Source: an uncultured Coriobacteriales bacterium (lineage in GTDB: Bacteria; Actinomycetota; Coriobacteriia; WRKU01; JAENWW01). Taken from it: a DNA stretch of 58,437 bases. The position numbers and the translations under genes are program-made. The DNA is taken from contig CALLZE010000155.1 of the NCBI GenBank assembly GCA_937858655.1, forward strand, positions 1 through 58,437. Direction: 5' to 3'. This document shows, piece after piece, positions 27,099 through 34,418 of the stretch; within the stretch, counting starts at the first letter, position 1, and each line of letters starts with the position of its first letter. The notes below the pieces were generated by a model. The model did not search any database, was not told where the DNA came from, and was given only the letters and a program-made list of their open reading frames with translations.

Positions 27099-27867
27099 GA
27101 GAGACCACTTCCTTTGCTAATTCACGATAAGCGATTGCGCCTTTGCCTGTATTATCATATTCCGTTATTGGCATGCCAAAACTTGGAGCCTCAGAAATTC
27201 TCACTGTGCGGGGGATAAGAGTATTGAATACCTTATCACCAAAATGCTCTTTAACTTCCTCAACCACTTGGTTTGCAAGTTTATTGCGAGCATACATCGT
27301 CATGACGACGCCGAACACTGATAGATTTGCGTTCAGGTGAGTGTTAACAAGCCGAACGCTGTCAAGAAGCTTCGATAATCCCTCGAGAGCATAAAACTCA
27401 CACTGAATAGGAATGAGTAAGCCGTCGGCAGCCGTGAGAGCATTAATGGTTAAAAGTCCAAGAGAAGGAGCGCAGTCAATAATTATGTAATCAAATTCGT
27501 TTTTGATTGGATCTATGAGATTGCGAAGTCTTGTTTCTCTGCTCATGGCTGTTACGAGTTCTACTTCAGCACCCGCAAGCTGTATGGTAGCGGGCACAAC
27601 CGTGACCCCTTGTTGTTCAGCCTCTTCAGCAATTGAAAGCAAATCTGTCTCGCCCAATAACGCATTATAGACACAGTATTCTCTATGGTTTTTCGATAAA
27701 CCAAACCCAGAGGTTGCATTTCCTTGGGGGTCTAGATCAATCACCAAGACCTTTTTGCCAAGTTCCCCCAATGCAGCAGAAAGATTGACCGCAGTAGTGC
27801 TTTTACCAACACCACCTTTTTGATTGACCACCGCGAATACCCGGCCGGTCTTTTCCTGACTACTCAT
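27091..27867 (-). CDS. parA: Chromosome partitioning ATPase ParA/Soj
   Basis: Deviant Walker A NQKGGVGKSTT, plus LVIDLDPQGNAT and IIIDCAPSLG. Confidence 0.93.
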   Translation of the reverse strand: MSSQEKTGRVFAVVNQKGGVGKSTTAVNLSAALGELGKKVLVIDLDPQGNATSGFGLSKNHREYCVYNALLGETDLLSIAEEAEQQGVTVVPATIQLAGAEVELVTAMSRETRLRNLIDPIKNEFDYIIIDCAPSLGLLTINALTAADGLLIPIQCEFYALEGLSKLLDSVRLVNTHLNANLSVFGVVMTMYARNKLANQVVEEVKEHFGDKVFNTLIPRTVRISEAPSFGMPITEYDNTGKGAIAYRELAKEVVSRG

Positions 27868-27886
27868 CTACTTGAACTCCTCTCGA

Positions 27887-28588
27887 TTACGCCAACGGCT
27901 GTTTTTGCGCAAGTCCCACTCTACGGGGCAACTTTCGTTTAGATTTTTTGACCTTCTTATATACAACGATTGTTCTTTTGTCATGTGTATCAGGTAATTC
28001 AAACCTGCGCAAAGAAACTCTCTTTAATCCAACTAAGGCCGCGGCGATATCCCCTCTACTTAACTCTTCATCAGATAAATTGCCTTTAAGAGCAATCAGA
28101 GAACCACCAAGCATAAGAAGGGGAGAGGCTAATTCAATTACGGAAGGTAATGACGACAATGCTCGAGCAGTAATTACTGCATATTTTTCTGCCTCGATAC
28201 CCGCTAGCTCTTCTGCGCGCACTGGCTTCAAGCTAATATTTGAGTATGCCACATCAGAAGATAATAGTTCTTCTAGTTGAGCCAACTTCTTTTTGACTGA
28301 ATCGAGTAGAGAAACCTTACGCCCCGTAACTATTGCCAAAGGTATTCCTGGAAAACCTCCTCCGGTACCCATATCAAGCAACGGGCCCTCCAGAGATTTA
28401 TTAACTTCAGAAAGACATGTGAGAGAATCAAGAATGTGCAGTCTTTTGCCCTCTTCAAGATCTTTTATCGTCGTCAATTGCACACGCTCATTGGCTTCGA
28501 TTACAAATGCAAGATGCTTCTCAAGAGCATCGCATGCCTCCTGAGAGGCGTTAATCCCATTTTCTTTTAAGTATGATTTGAGTTCCAT
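27887..28588 (-). CDS. rsmG: 16S rRNA (guanine527-N7)-methyltransferase RsmG/GidB
   Basis: SAM motif LLDMGTGGGFPGIPLAI. I prefer the start at MELKSYL (28588), because the longer ORF start (28615, MFHVKH) is simply the parS palindrome read as codons. Confidence 0.85.
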   Translation of the reverse strand: MELKSYLKENGINASQEACDALEKHLAFVIEANERVQLTTIKDLEEGKRLHILDSLTCLSEVNKSLEGPLLDMGTGGGFPGIPLAIVTGRKVSLLDSVKKKLAQLEELLSSDVAYSNISLKPVRAEELAGIEAEKYAVITARALSSLPSVIELASPLLMLGGSLIALKGNLSDEELSRGDIAAALVGLKRVSLRRFELPDTHDKRTIVVYKKVKKSKRKLPRRVGLAQKQPLA

Positions 28589-28598
28589 GAAGCTCCAA

Positions 28599-28614
28599 TG
28601 TTTCACGTGAAACA
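28599..28614. promoter_or_regulatory. parS site 1 (TGTTTCACGTGAAACA, perfect palindrome)
   Basis: Exact match to the Firmicute/Actinobacterial-type parS consensus. It is extended to the 18-bp palindrome ATGTTTCACGTGAAACAT. Confidence 0.88.
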
Positions 28615-28635
28615 TTTCGAAATTGATGCCAATGA

Positions 28636-28651
28636 TGTTTCACGTGAAACA
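28636..28651. promoter_or_regulatory. parS site 2 (TGTTTCACGTGAAACA, perfect palindrome)
   Basis: An identical second copy 37 bp from site 1, also with the 18-bp extension. Confidence 0.88.
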
Positions 28652-28742
28652 TCAGCAATATATGAATAGTACTGGAGGGGCCGTATACAAGTCAATACAA
28701 AATACCGAGTCATTGCCAAATCTTGATGCTTCAACCAACTTT

Positions 28743-28771
28743 GGCAAAAGAAAAGGGCCCGAAGGCCCTTT
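28743..28771 (-). terminator. Rho-independent terminator after jag/khpB
   Basis: On the minus strand the stem AAAGGGCC-TTCG-GGCCCTTT is followed by TTTTCTTTTG. Confidence 0.8.
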
Positions 28772-28791
28772 ATAAAGCAATGTGGTCAGTT

Positions 28792-29538
28792 CTAAGCGTT
28801 TGGAATAATAACTACGTGGCGATTGTCGCCTGATCCTTCACTTGAGCTTGTAACGCCCTGTACTTCGCGTATGGCAATATGAACCATGCGACGCTCCTGG
28901 GGAGACATAGGGCGAAGTGAGACGGGACGCCCACTTCTCTCTGCGCGCTCAACGGCCTTCATCGCAATCTCGATTACTTTTTGCTTCCTGCGATGGCGAT
29001 ATCCTTCAACATCAACAACAATAGGGAAGCGAACCCCCATACGTTTCGTAACGATTGCTGAAGTGACCGTCTGAAGAGCTTCGATAGTTCTCCCATGACG
29101 CCCAATCAAAAAGGCCAAGTCATCTCCTACAATATCAAGAATAACCTCACCTTCATCGCCCTCATACTCTTCAATCTCAATATTTTTAGCTCCACAATAC
29201 TCAGCGATAATCTTTACTGTGGCAATAGCCTCATCGGCGATTGTATCAATCTGCTCATCTGTAAGATCAGCTTCTTCAAGACTATTAAAGTTTTCCTGGG
29301 ACGGCTCGTTCGTGTCTGCAATGATTTCATCAACAATAGTTGAAGCTGTCTCTGACACATTGGTTGTCTCGAAAACCCTTACCTTTGCAGGTTTCGCATT
29401 CCCAAAGCCAAAATGCTTCTTTGCTGGCTCCTCTATAACCTCAAAATCTACTTCTTCGCGAGAAAGGCCTAATTGATTAATCCCCTCTGCAAGTGCCTCT
29501 TCGACAGAAGCGGCTTCAGCAATAATTTCCTTTGGCAT
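28792..29538 (-). CDS. khpB: Jag/KhpB RNA-binding protein (Jag_N, KH, R3H)
   Basis: Its position after yidC is typical. The R3H region is PMSPQERRMVHIAI and the KH-like region is IGRHGRTIEALQ. Confidence 0.88.
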   Translation of the reverse strand: MPKEIIAEAASVEEALAEGINQLGLSREEVDFEVIEEPAKKHFGFGNAKPAKVRVFETTNVSETASTIVDEIIADTNEPSQENFNSLEEADLTDEQIDTIADEAIATVKIIAEYCGAKNIEIEEYEGDEGEVILDIVGDDLAFLIGRHGRTIEALQTVTSAIVTKRMGVRFPIVVDVEGYRHRRKQKVIEIAMKAVERAERSGRPVSLRPMSPQERRMVHIAIREVQGVTSSSEGSGDNRHVVIIPNA

Positions 29539-29550
29539 AGCTCTCTCCTT

Positions 29551-30360
29551 TTATTTCTTCTTCTTTGATGATTTCTTTTTTGGGGATTGCTCATCAGCTT
29601 CTTCGATGGCTTCCTCAACCAGTTCTTCGTTAGCACCAAGAGCTCGCTTGACTGCATTTTGAGTAAGCTGCTGCTGGCCAATACCAAGGATAGAAGAAAT
29701 ATCCCAATAGAGAAGAACACCAGCAGGGGCGCTCCATCCAACAAAGAGCATAAACACAGCCATATACAAGCCGATCATCTTTTGGCTTTTCTCGCCAGGC
29801 ATCATTGCCTGAGGAAGCCAAATTGAAAGGCCAAATATAATAACGAGAATGACATAAGGAATGAGCTCTAAATAATTGCCTGTCTTAAAGACTGCTGCAG
29901 GCGAGTGAGAGATATCTGGAATTATTCCAAAGAATGAACCCGTGCTGTTATGGAGTGACAAATACGCGCTTAGGTTGATCTTGGCAAGCGCTGTTTCACT
30001 CATTGCTTTTGCGGTTTTTGCACTTACGGGACCGAGAACCTGATACAATGCCATAAAAATTGGCATCTGTAGAATCATTGGCAAACAAGATGAAAAGGGA
30101 TTAACCTTGTGCTCAGAATAGAATTTCATGAGTTCTTCTTGCTGCTTCTCTTTATCGTCAGCATATTTATCTTGAATCTTTTTTATCTCTGGAGTAACTT
30201 TTTGCAACTCATAGGTTGCTTTAACTTGCTTCGCCGTAAGCGGCCAAAGCAACATTCTAATTAGAACAGTCAAAACAATGATGGCCATTCCCCAGTCGCC
30301 AACATAGCTTTGAATCCATAAGAGAATTTGAAAAATTCCCTCTCTAAAGGCATTCCACAC
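29551..30360 (-). CDS. yidC: Membrane protein insertase YidC
   Basis: LIRMLLWPLTAKQ, NPFSSCLPMILQMPIFMALY and a basic C-terminal tail KKKSSKKKK. Confidence 0.92.
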   Translation of the reverse strand: MWNAFREGIFQILLWIQSYVGDWGMAIIVLTVLIRMLLWPLTAKQVKATYELQKVTPEIKKIQDKYADDKEKQQEELMKFYSEHKVNPFSSCLPMILQMPIFMALYQVLGPVSAKTAKAMSETALAKINLSAYLSLHNSTGSFFGIIPDISHSPAAVFKTGNYLELIPYVILVIIFGLSIWLPQAMMPGEKSQKMIGLYMAVFMLFVGWSAPAGVLLYWDISSILGIGQQQLTQNAVKRALGANEELVEEAIEEADEQSPKKKSSKKKK

Positions 30361-30381
30361 AGCTTGCTCCTTATAACACGG

Positions 30382-30642
30382 CTAAGGCACAGGATCATAC
30401 CCGCCAGGGTTCCATGGATTACATCTTAATATTCGCCATATTGCGAGTAATCCACCTTTAAATAAACCATAACGCTGCAAAGCTGTAATCGCATATGCGG
30501 AACAGCTTGGTGCAAATCTGCAGGTGGAAGGGAAGAGGGGAGAGATGACCTGCTGATATCCCCGTATCAATAAGACGCACAAGCGTCGAGGTAACGTAAT
30601 TATAAACGCCATAACCTGATTTGTATTTAATTTCTTATACAT
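30382..30642 (-). CDS. yidD: Membrane protein insertion efficiency factor YidD
   Basis: [27 protein letters not shown]...RILRCNPW. The start is uncertain (30642 or 30612). Confidence 0.85.
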   Translation of the reverse strand: MYKKLNTNQVMAFIITLPRRLCVLLIRGYQQVISPLFPSTCRFAPSCSAYAITALQRYGLFKGGLLAIWRILRCNPWNPGGYDPVP

Positions 30643-30965
30643 TTTGTGAGTAATCTCACAATCTCTTTAGAAACTTCTAGTGAACCGGCCTCTTGTGTAG
30701 ACTTCTTTGCCATCAAAATTATGTCGTACCCAGAGTAGTCAACATATGAGGTTCTTAAAGCTGCGCGCAACACACGCTTAGATCTATTTCGCCACACGGC
30801 GTTTCCGAGTCTTTTTGCCGCAATAAAAGCAACGCGACCACTGGGGTCGCGATGCTCAGGTGTCTCACGAATAAACAGTGTTAACAAAGGGCTGTGTAAC
30901 TTTTTACCCTTTTTTAATACGTCACTAATCTCTTCAGAAGACTTTATTATGTTTTTAGCACTCAT
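30627..30965 (-). CDS. rnpA: Ribonuclease P protein component
   Basis: Basic 112-aa protein with [23 protein letters not shown] (RNR motif). It lies between rpmH and yidD. Confidence 0.9.
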   Translation of the reverse strand: MSAKNIIKSSEEISDVLKKGKKLHSPLLTLFIRETPEHRDPSGRVAFIAAKRLGNAVWRNRSKRVLRAALRTSYVDYSGYDIILMAKKSTQEAGSLEVSKEIVRLLTKCIRN

Positions 30966-30988
30966 AATAAGCGCTCAGACCGATCACA

Positions 30989-31126
30989 CTAAGCGCAAAG
31001 GCTGCTACGGCCCTTACGACGACGAGCGGCTAAAACAGCACGCCCACCACGAGTTGCCATACGTGCTCGGAAGCCGTGGGTCTTTGCACGCTTCCTGTTA
31101 TTTGGCTGATAAGTTCTCTTGCTCAC
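30989..31126 (-). CDS. rpmH: 50S ribosomal protein L34 (not in the ORF track, 45 aa)
   Basis: Hand translation from the GTG at 31126 gives (M)[44 protein letters not shown], ending at the TAG at 30989..30991. There is an AAGGAGG RBS at 31132..31138 (complement). Confidence 0.93.
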   Translation of the reverse strand: MSKRTYQPNNRKRAKTHGFRARMATRGGRAVLAARRRKGRSSLCA

Positions 31127-31327
31127 AATTCCTCCTTAAAATGTGTCTACAAAACGCATGCAGACGCAAGGTAAAAATTATAAACAAGCCCGATACCAAA
31201 GTCAACAGGATAAATTGGTAGGATAAGTTATTCATTTATCCCAACAAATAATTATTAGGCAATACGAAATATCTTAAAACCGCAGGTCAGAGTATAAATT
31301 TTAAGAAATACAAATTACTTAAAAATC

Positions 31328-31345
31328 TGTGGATAATGTGGATAA
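31328..31345 (-). promoter_or_regulatory. Two abutting perfect DnaA boxes (TGTGGATAATGTGGATAA)
   Basis: 31328..31336 and 31337..31345 are each the exact complement of TTATCCACA. Confidence 0.85.
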
Positions 31346-31381
31346 GTTTTTGATTCAACAGGTTTTAAACGTAAATAATAC

Positions 31382-31390
31382 TGTGGATAA
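31382..31390 (-). promoter_or_regulatory. Perfect DnaA box (TGTGGATAA)
   Basis: Exact 9-mer, in the same orientation as the others. Confidence 0.8.
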
Positions 31391-31668
31391 CTCACTCTAG
31401 AAAGAATCATGCAACAAATATTATTGTTATGATATTTCACCCATGCAGTTACTCAAAACTCATTTCACACCCAGACTGCAACAAATCATAACTTTGAAAA
31501 CAAAATAAGAGCCCAGGAGAAGTAATGATATGAGCTTCTTTTTCTCTTTCTCTTTGTTTGATCATATACGTAGGAAAATTATAGGAAACACGACACACCA
31601 TAATTTACCTGCAAACTTGAGGGTTTGAAATAAAGAATAAATCATGTTTCCCACAGTTTTCACCGTCC

Positions 31669-31677
31669 TGTGGATAA
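31669..31677 (-). promoter_or_regulatory. Perfect DnaA box (TGTGGATAA)
   Basis: Exact 9-mer. It lies 14 bp from the oppositely oriented near-box TTTCCCACA. Confidence 0.8.
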
Positions 31678-31813
31678 CTTAGAAACATACAGGTAAAAGA
31701 ATACGAACCTATGTTCGTTTTTGGAAAAGTGCAGGTCAGAGCAATAGAAATGAAATATTTTGATTGTGTTTGAAATTTGAGTTTAGGCGAATAGCATAAG
31801 ATTTTTTTAGGAA

Positions 31814-32704
31814 TTGTGGAAAGACTTAATGAATGCTCCTTACGAAATAAATTCTCTCCAAGCTGAGCCGCTACCAAGTCAATCCGCCTCATTGTTGTCT
31901 TTCCCAAAGGGCAACACACACAATTCACCCCAATCAGAAAATCGTACAACTACTATTGCTGTATTTTCTTCCTCTGAAATATCTTCCTTACAAACTGTAC
32001 CTTTTCAAAATGATATTACAGCTCTCAATAAATCTATTTGTTCTAATATATATAAGATCTTTTCAGACCTAAAATCACCTTTTCCACAGGCTGTGATTAA
32101 AGAGTTGGTAGAAAACTTCATCCATGCGGATTATCTTTTCCCATCAATCATTATTTCTGATGAAGGTTATACGGTAATCTTTTCAGATCATGGTCCAGGA
32201 ATTATTGAACCCCATAAGGCTCTTAGACAAGGATTTTCAGCGATAACACCTTTTAAGAAAAAATATATTCGTGGTATGGGTCTTGGCTTTCCGTTGATAA
32301 AATCTCTTTTAGGACAATACCACGGAACAATCTCTATTGAGGATAATATCGACTCAGGTTGTGTAATAACTTTAAAAATTCCTAAGCCGCTCATTAATTC
32401 TCACGAAATTACAAAAAAACAAACCAATAATGAAGAGAAAAACAACGATAATAGTATTTCCTGTAATCATTATTTATCTCATCGTCAGCGAGAGGTATTA
32501 ATGGTTGTTGCTGATAATAAAGGGGCTGGGCCAAGTGCGGTTTCAAAAATGCTTGGTACAGCGCTTTCAACTGCCTACAGAGATTTAATTTATCTCGAGG
32601 AATGCAACTTTATTTATTCAAGCTCAGGTAAACGATTATTAACATCTGAAGGAATTTCATATTTAACGCGATTTAAGAAAGGGGACAAACTTGATAGAAA
32701 CTAA
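31814..32704 (+). CDS. GHKL (histidine-kinase-like) ATPase domain fused to a C-terminal winged-HTH; function unknown
   Basis: The 296-codon ORF is open in very AT-rich DNA. N-box AVIKELVENFIHA, G1 SDHGPGI, G2 IRGMGLGFPL, then LSHRQREVLMVVADNKGAGPSAVSKMLGTALSTAYRDLIYLEE. The start is TTG 31814 or ATG 31829. The stop overlaps the dnaA TTG start by 14 nt. Confidence 0.6.
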   Translation: MWKDLMNAPYEINSLQAEPLPSQSASLLSFPKGNTHNSPQSENRTTTIAVFSSSEISSLQTVPFQNDITALNKSICSNIYKIFSDLKSPFPQAVIKELVENFIHADYLFPSIIISDEGYTVIFSDHGPGIIEPHKALRQGFSAITPFKKKYIRGMGLGFPLIKSLLGQYHGTISIEDNIDSGCVITLKIPKPLINSHEITKKQTNNEEKNNDNSISCNHYLSHRQREVLMVVADNKGAGPSAVSKMLGTALSTAYRDLIYLEECNFIYSSSGKRLLTSEGISYLTRFKKGDKLDRN

Positions 32705-34082
32705 TCTCGACAAAGATGAATTTTGGGCTAATGTCTTAAATTCTCTTGAAAGTCAGACGAAATCACCACAATTCAATAGTCGATATGGGCGAATCATACC
32801 TGTATCACTTACAGATTCAACTATCACCCTTGCGGCACCAAATCACTTTTCAAGAGATTGGTTTTTAAAAGGTATTGAGATTGTTCAAAATACAATAGAT
32901 AACATAGCGGGTCATGCACTCGATATTGAAGTTGTTGTTGACGAGAATATCATCAGCAACCAAATTGAAACAAAAGTTCCTACGGTTAGCCAGATTATTA
33001 ATGAGGATATCAAAAAAGAGGAAATCATTCCGCGCGGTACCCTTGATGATAAATATACCTTTGATACTTTTATCTCAGGAGACTCAAATAACTTTGCGCG
33101 TAGTATTGCCATGAATGTTGCGGAACATCCGGGTCAAAAATACAATCCGCTTTTTATTTCCGGAGGTCCGGGGCTCGGAAAAACACATCTCCTCCAAGCG
33201 ATTGGAAACTATATTTCTGAAGTCTACCCGAATAAAAAAGTTGTCTACGCTACTGCGGAAGAATTCTTCAATGAATTTATTAATGCCTTAAGTAAAGACA
33301 ATTCAAATTCATCAATAAAAAACATGGGAGCTTTTCACCAGATTTATCGAGAAGCTGATGTTTTATTAATGGATGACATTCAATTCCTTGAAAAGAAGGA
33401 TCAGGGAATTAAGCAATTTTTCCATACATTTGAAGCTCTCTATAGTAAGAAAGCACAGATTGTCGTTGCTTCAGATAGGGCTGCCGCAGAAATTAATATG
33501 GATGAGCGCATGATTACCCGTTTTCAAATGGGAGTCGAGGCTGACGTTCTACCTCCAAGCTATGAATTACGTTATGCAATTATTAAGACTCTCTTTAATA
33601 AACAACCTATTCCTGTTGATAAGAAAGTATACGAATACCTTGCTGATAAAAGTGTAAGAAGTGTACGTGAGATTGAAGGGGCAGTTAATATTATTATTGC
33701 CTTCACTGAACTCAGTAGACTTAATTACATCGATCTTGAGGTTACCCAAAAAACAACCTCAGGGCTTTTTAAAAATCAAACAAATAAGATTATTAAAGTT
33801 GCAACCATTCAATCAGAGGTATGCAAATACTTCGGAATCAACAAAAATGATCTTCTTGGTAGCAAAAGAACACAGTCTATAGTGTTCCCACGTCATATCG
33901 CTATGTATTTAACACAAGAGTTAACTGATTACTCGTACCCTCGCATAGGTAAAGATTTTGGGGATAGAGATCACACAACCGTAATGCATGCTGTCGACAA
34001 AATTAAAAAAATGATTAAAGCAGACCCGCAAGTTTTTCAACAGGTTGAAATATTAACCGAACAAATTAAACGCCAGCAGTGA
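32691..34082 (+). CDS. dnaA: Chromosomal replication initiator protein DnaA
   Basis: TTG start with AAAGGGGA upstream. Walker A GGPGLGKTHLLQAIG, Walker B LLMDDIQFL, and DNA-binding HTH KRTQSIVFPRHIAMYLTQELT..SYPRIGKDFGDRDHTTVMHA. Confidence 0.95.
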   Translation: MIETNLDKDEFWANVLNSLESQTKSPQFNSRYGRIIPVSLTDSTITLAAPNHFSRDWFLKGIEIVQNTIDNIAGHALDIEVVVDENIISNQIETKVPTVSQIINEDIKKEEIIPRGTLDDKYTFDTFISGDSNNFARSIAMNVAEHPGQKYNPLFISGGPGLGKTHLLQAIGNYISEVYPNKKVVYATAEEFFNEFINALSKDNSNSSIKNMGAFHQIYREADVLLMDDIQFLEKKDQGIKQFFHTFEALYSKKAQIVVASDRAAAEINMDERMITRFQMGVEADVLPPSYELRYAIIKTLFNKQPIPVDKKVYEYLADKSVRSVREIEGAVNIIIAFTELSRLNYIDLEVTQKTTSGLFKNQTNKIIKVATIQSEVCKYFGINKNDLLGSKRTQSIVFPRHIAMYLTQELTDYSYPRIGKDFGDRDHTTVMHAVDKIKKMIKADPQVFQQVEILTEQIKRQQ

Positions 34083-34418
34083 TTTTTAAACCCTTAAGTT
34101 GCTTGCTTGAGGGTTAATTTTTCTTGAGTTTTGGGTTACGGGTACTAAACACTATTGAATTAAGAGGTTGATTATTAATTCAAGAATGAATAACTTAGGG
34201 ATAACTTGTAAAATACTCAGGAAAAAATGTGTGTAAGTAAGTAGTTTTAAAATTATGGACATTTTAAGTGGGAAAGCGTTGATAATTTAAGGGAGTCATA
34301 AACAGTTTTTTCCTAAGGGGGACACACCTGTTTATCTGCGGAAATACAAGTTTTACAAAGTTTCCACACCCCTTATTATTAGTATTATTGTTTTTTCATA
34401 ATTTATTAAGGAATAATA
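34083..34418. other. Candidate oriC part 2 / unwinding region (dnaA-dnaN spacer)
   Basis: 336-bp AT-rich spacer with degenerate DnaA boxes (TAGGGATAA, TTATGGACA, CGTTGATAA, GTTTCCACA) and an AT-rich run just before dnaN. Confidence 0.6.
34360..34390 (+). promoter_or_regulatory. DnaA-box-like GTTTCCACA + CCCC + six nTA/nTG triplets (DnaA-trio-like unwinding element)
   Basis: 34360..34368 is GTTTCCACA. 34369..34372 is CCCC. 34373..34390 is TTA TTA TTA GTA TTA TTG. Confidence 0.45.

Larger units (their letters stand above)
31127..31813. other. Candidate oriC part 1: AT-rich rpmH-side spacer with DnaA-box cluster
   Basis: It holds four perfect TGTGGATAA boxes and degenerate boxes (TTTCCCACA at 31647..31655, TGTGGAAAG at 31815..31823). 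Gene-strand polarity switches here. Confidence 0.75.

Noticed and set aside
28589-28615. N-terminal extension of rsmG (MFHVKHWSF...)
   Set aside because: The ATG TTT CAC GTG AAA CAT codons are the parS palindrome itself. The downstream Met (MELKSYL) is the more plausible start.
30949-31221. 90-aa plus-strand ORF
   Set aside because: It is antisense to the clearly recognisable rpmH (L34) gene and its RBS, so it is a shadow ORF.
31605-31949. 114-aa minus-strand ORF across the origin spacer
   Set aside because: It runs through a perfect DnaA box and overlaps the 5' end of the GHKL gene. It has no RBS and no recognisable motifs. It is likely a chance ORF.
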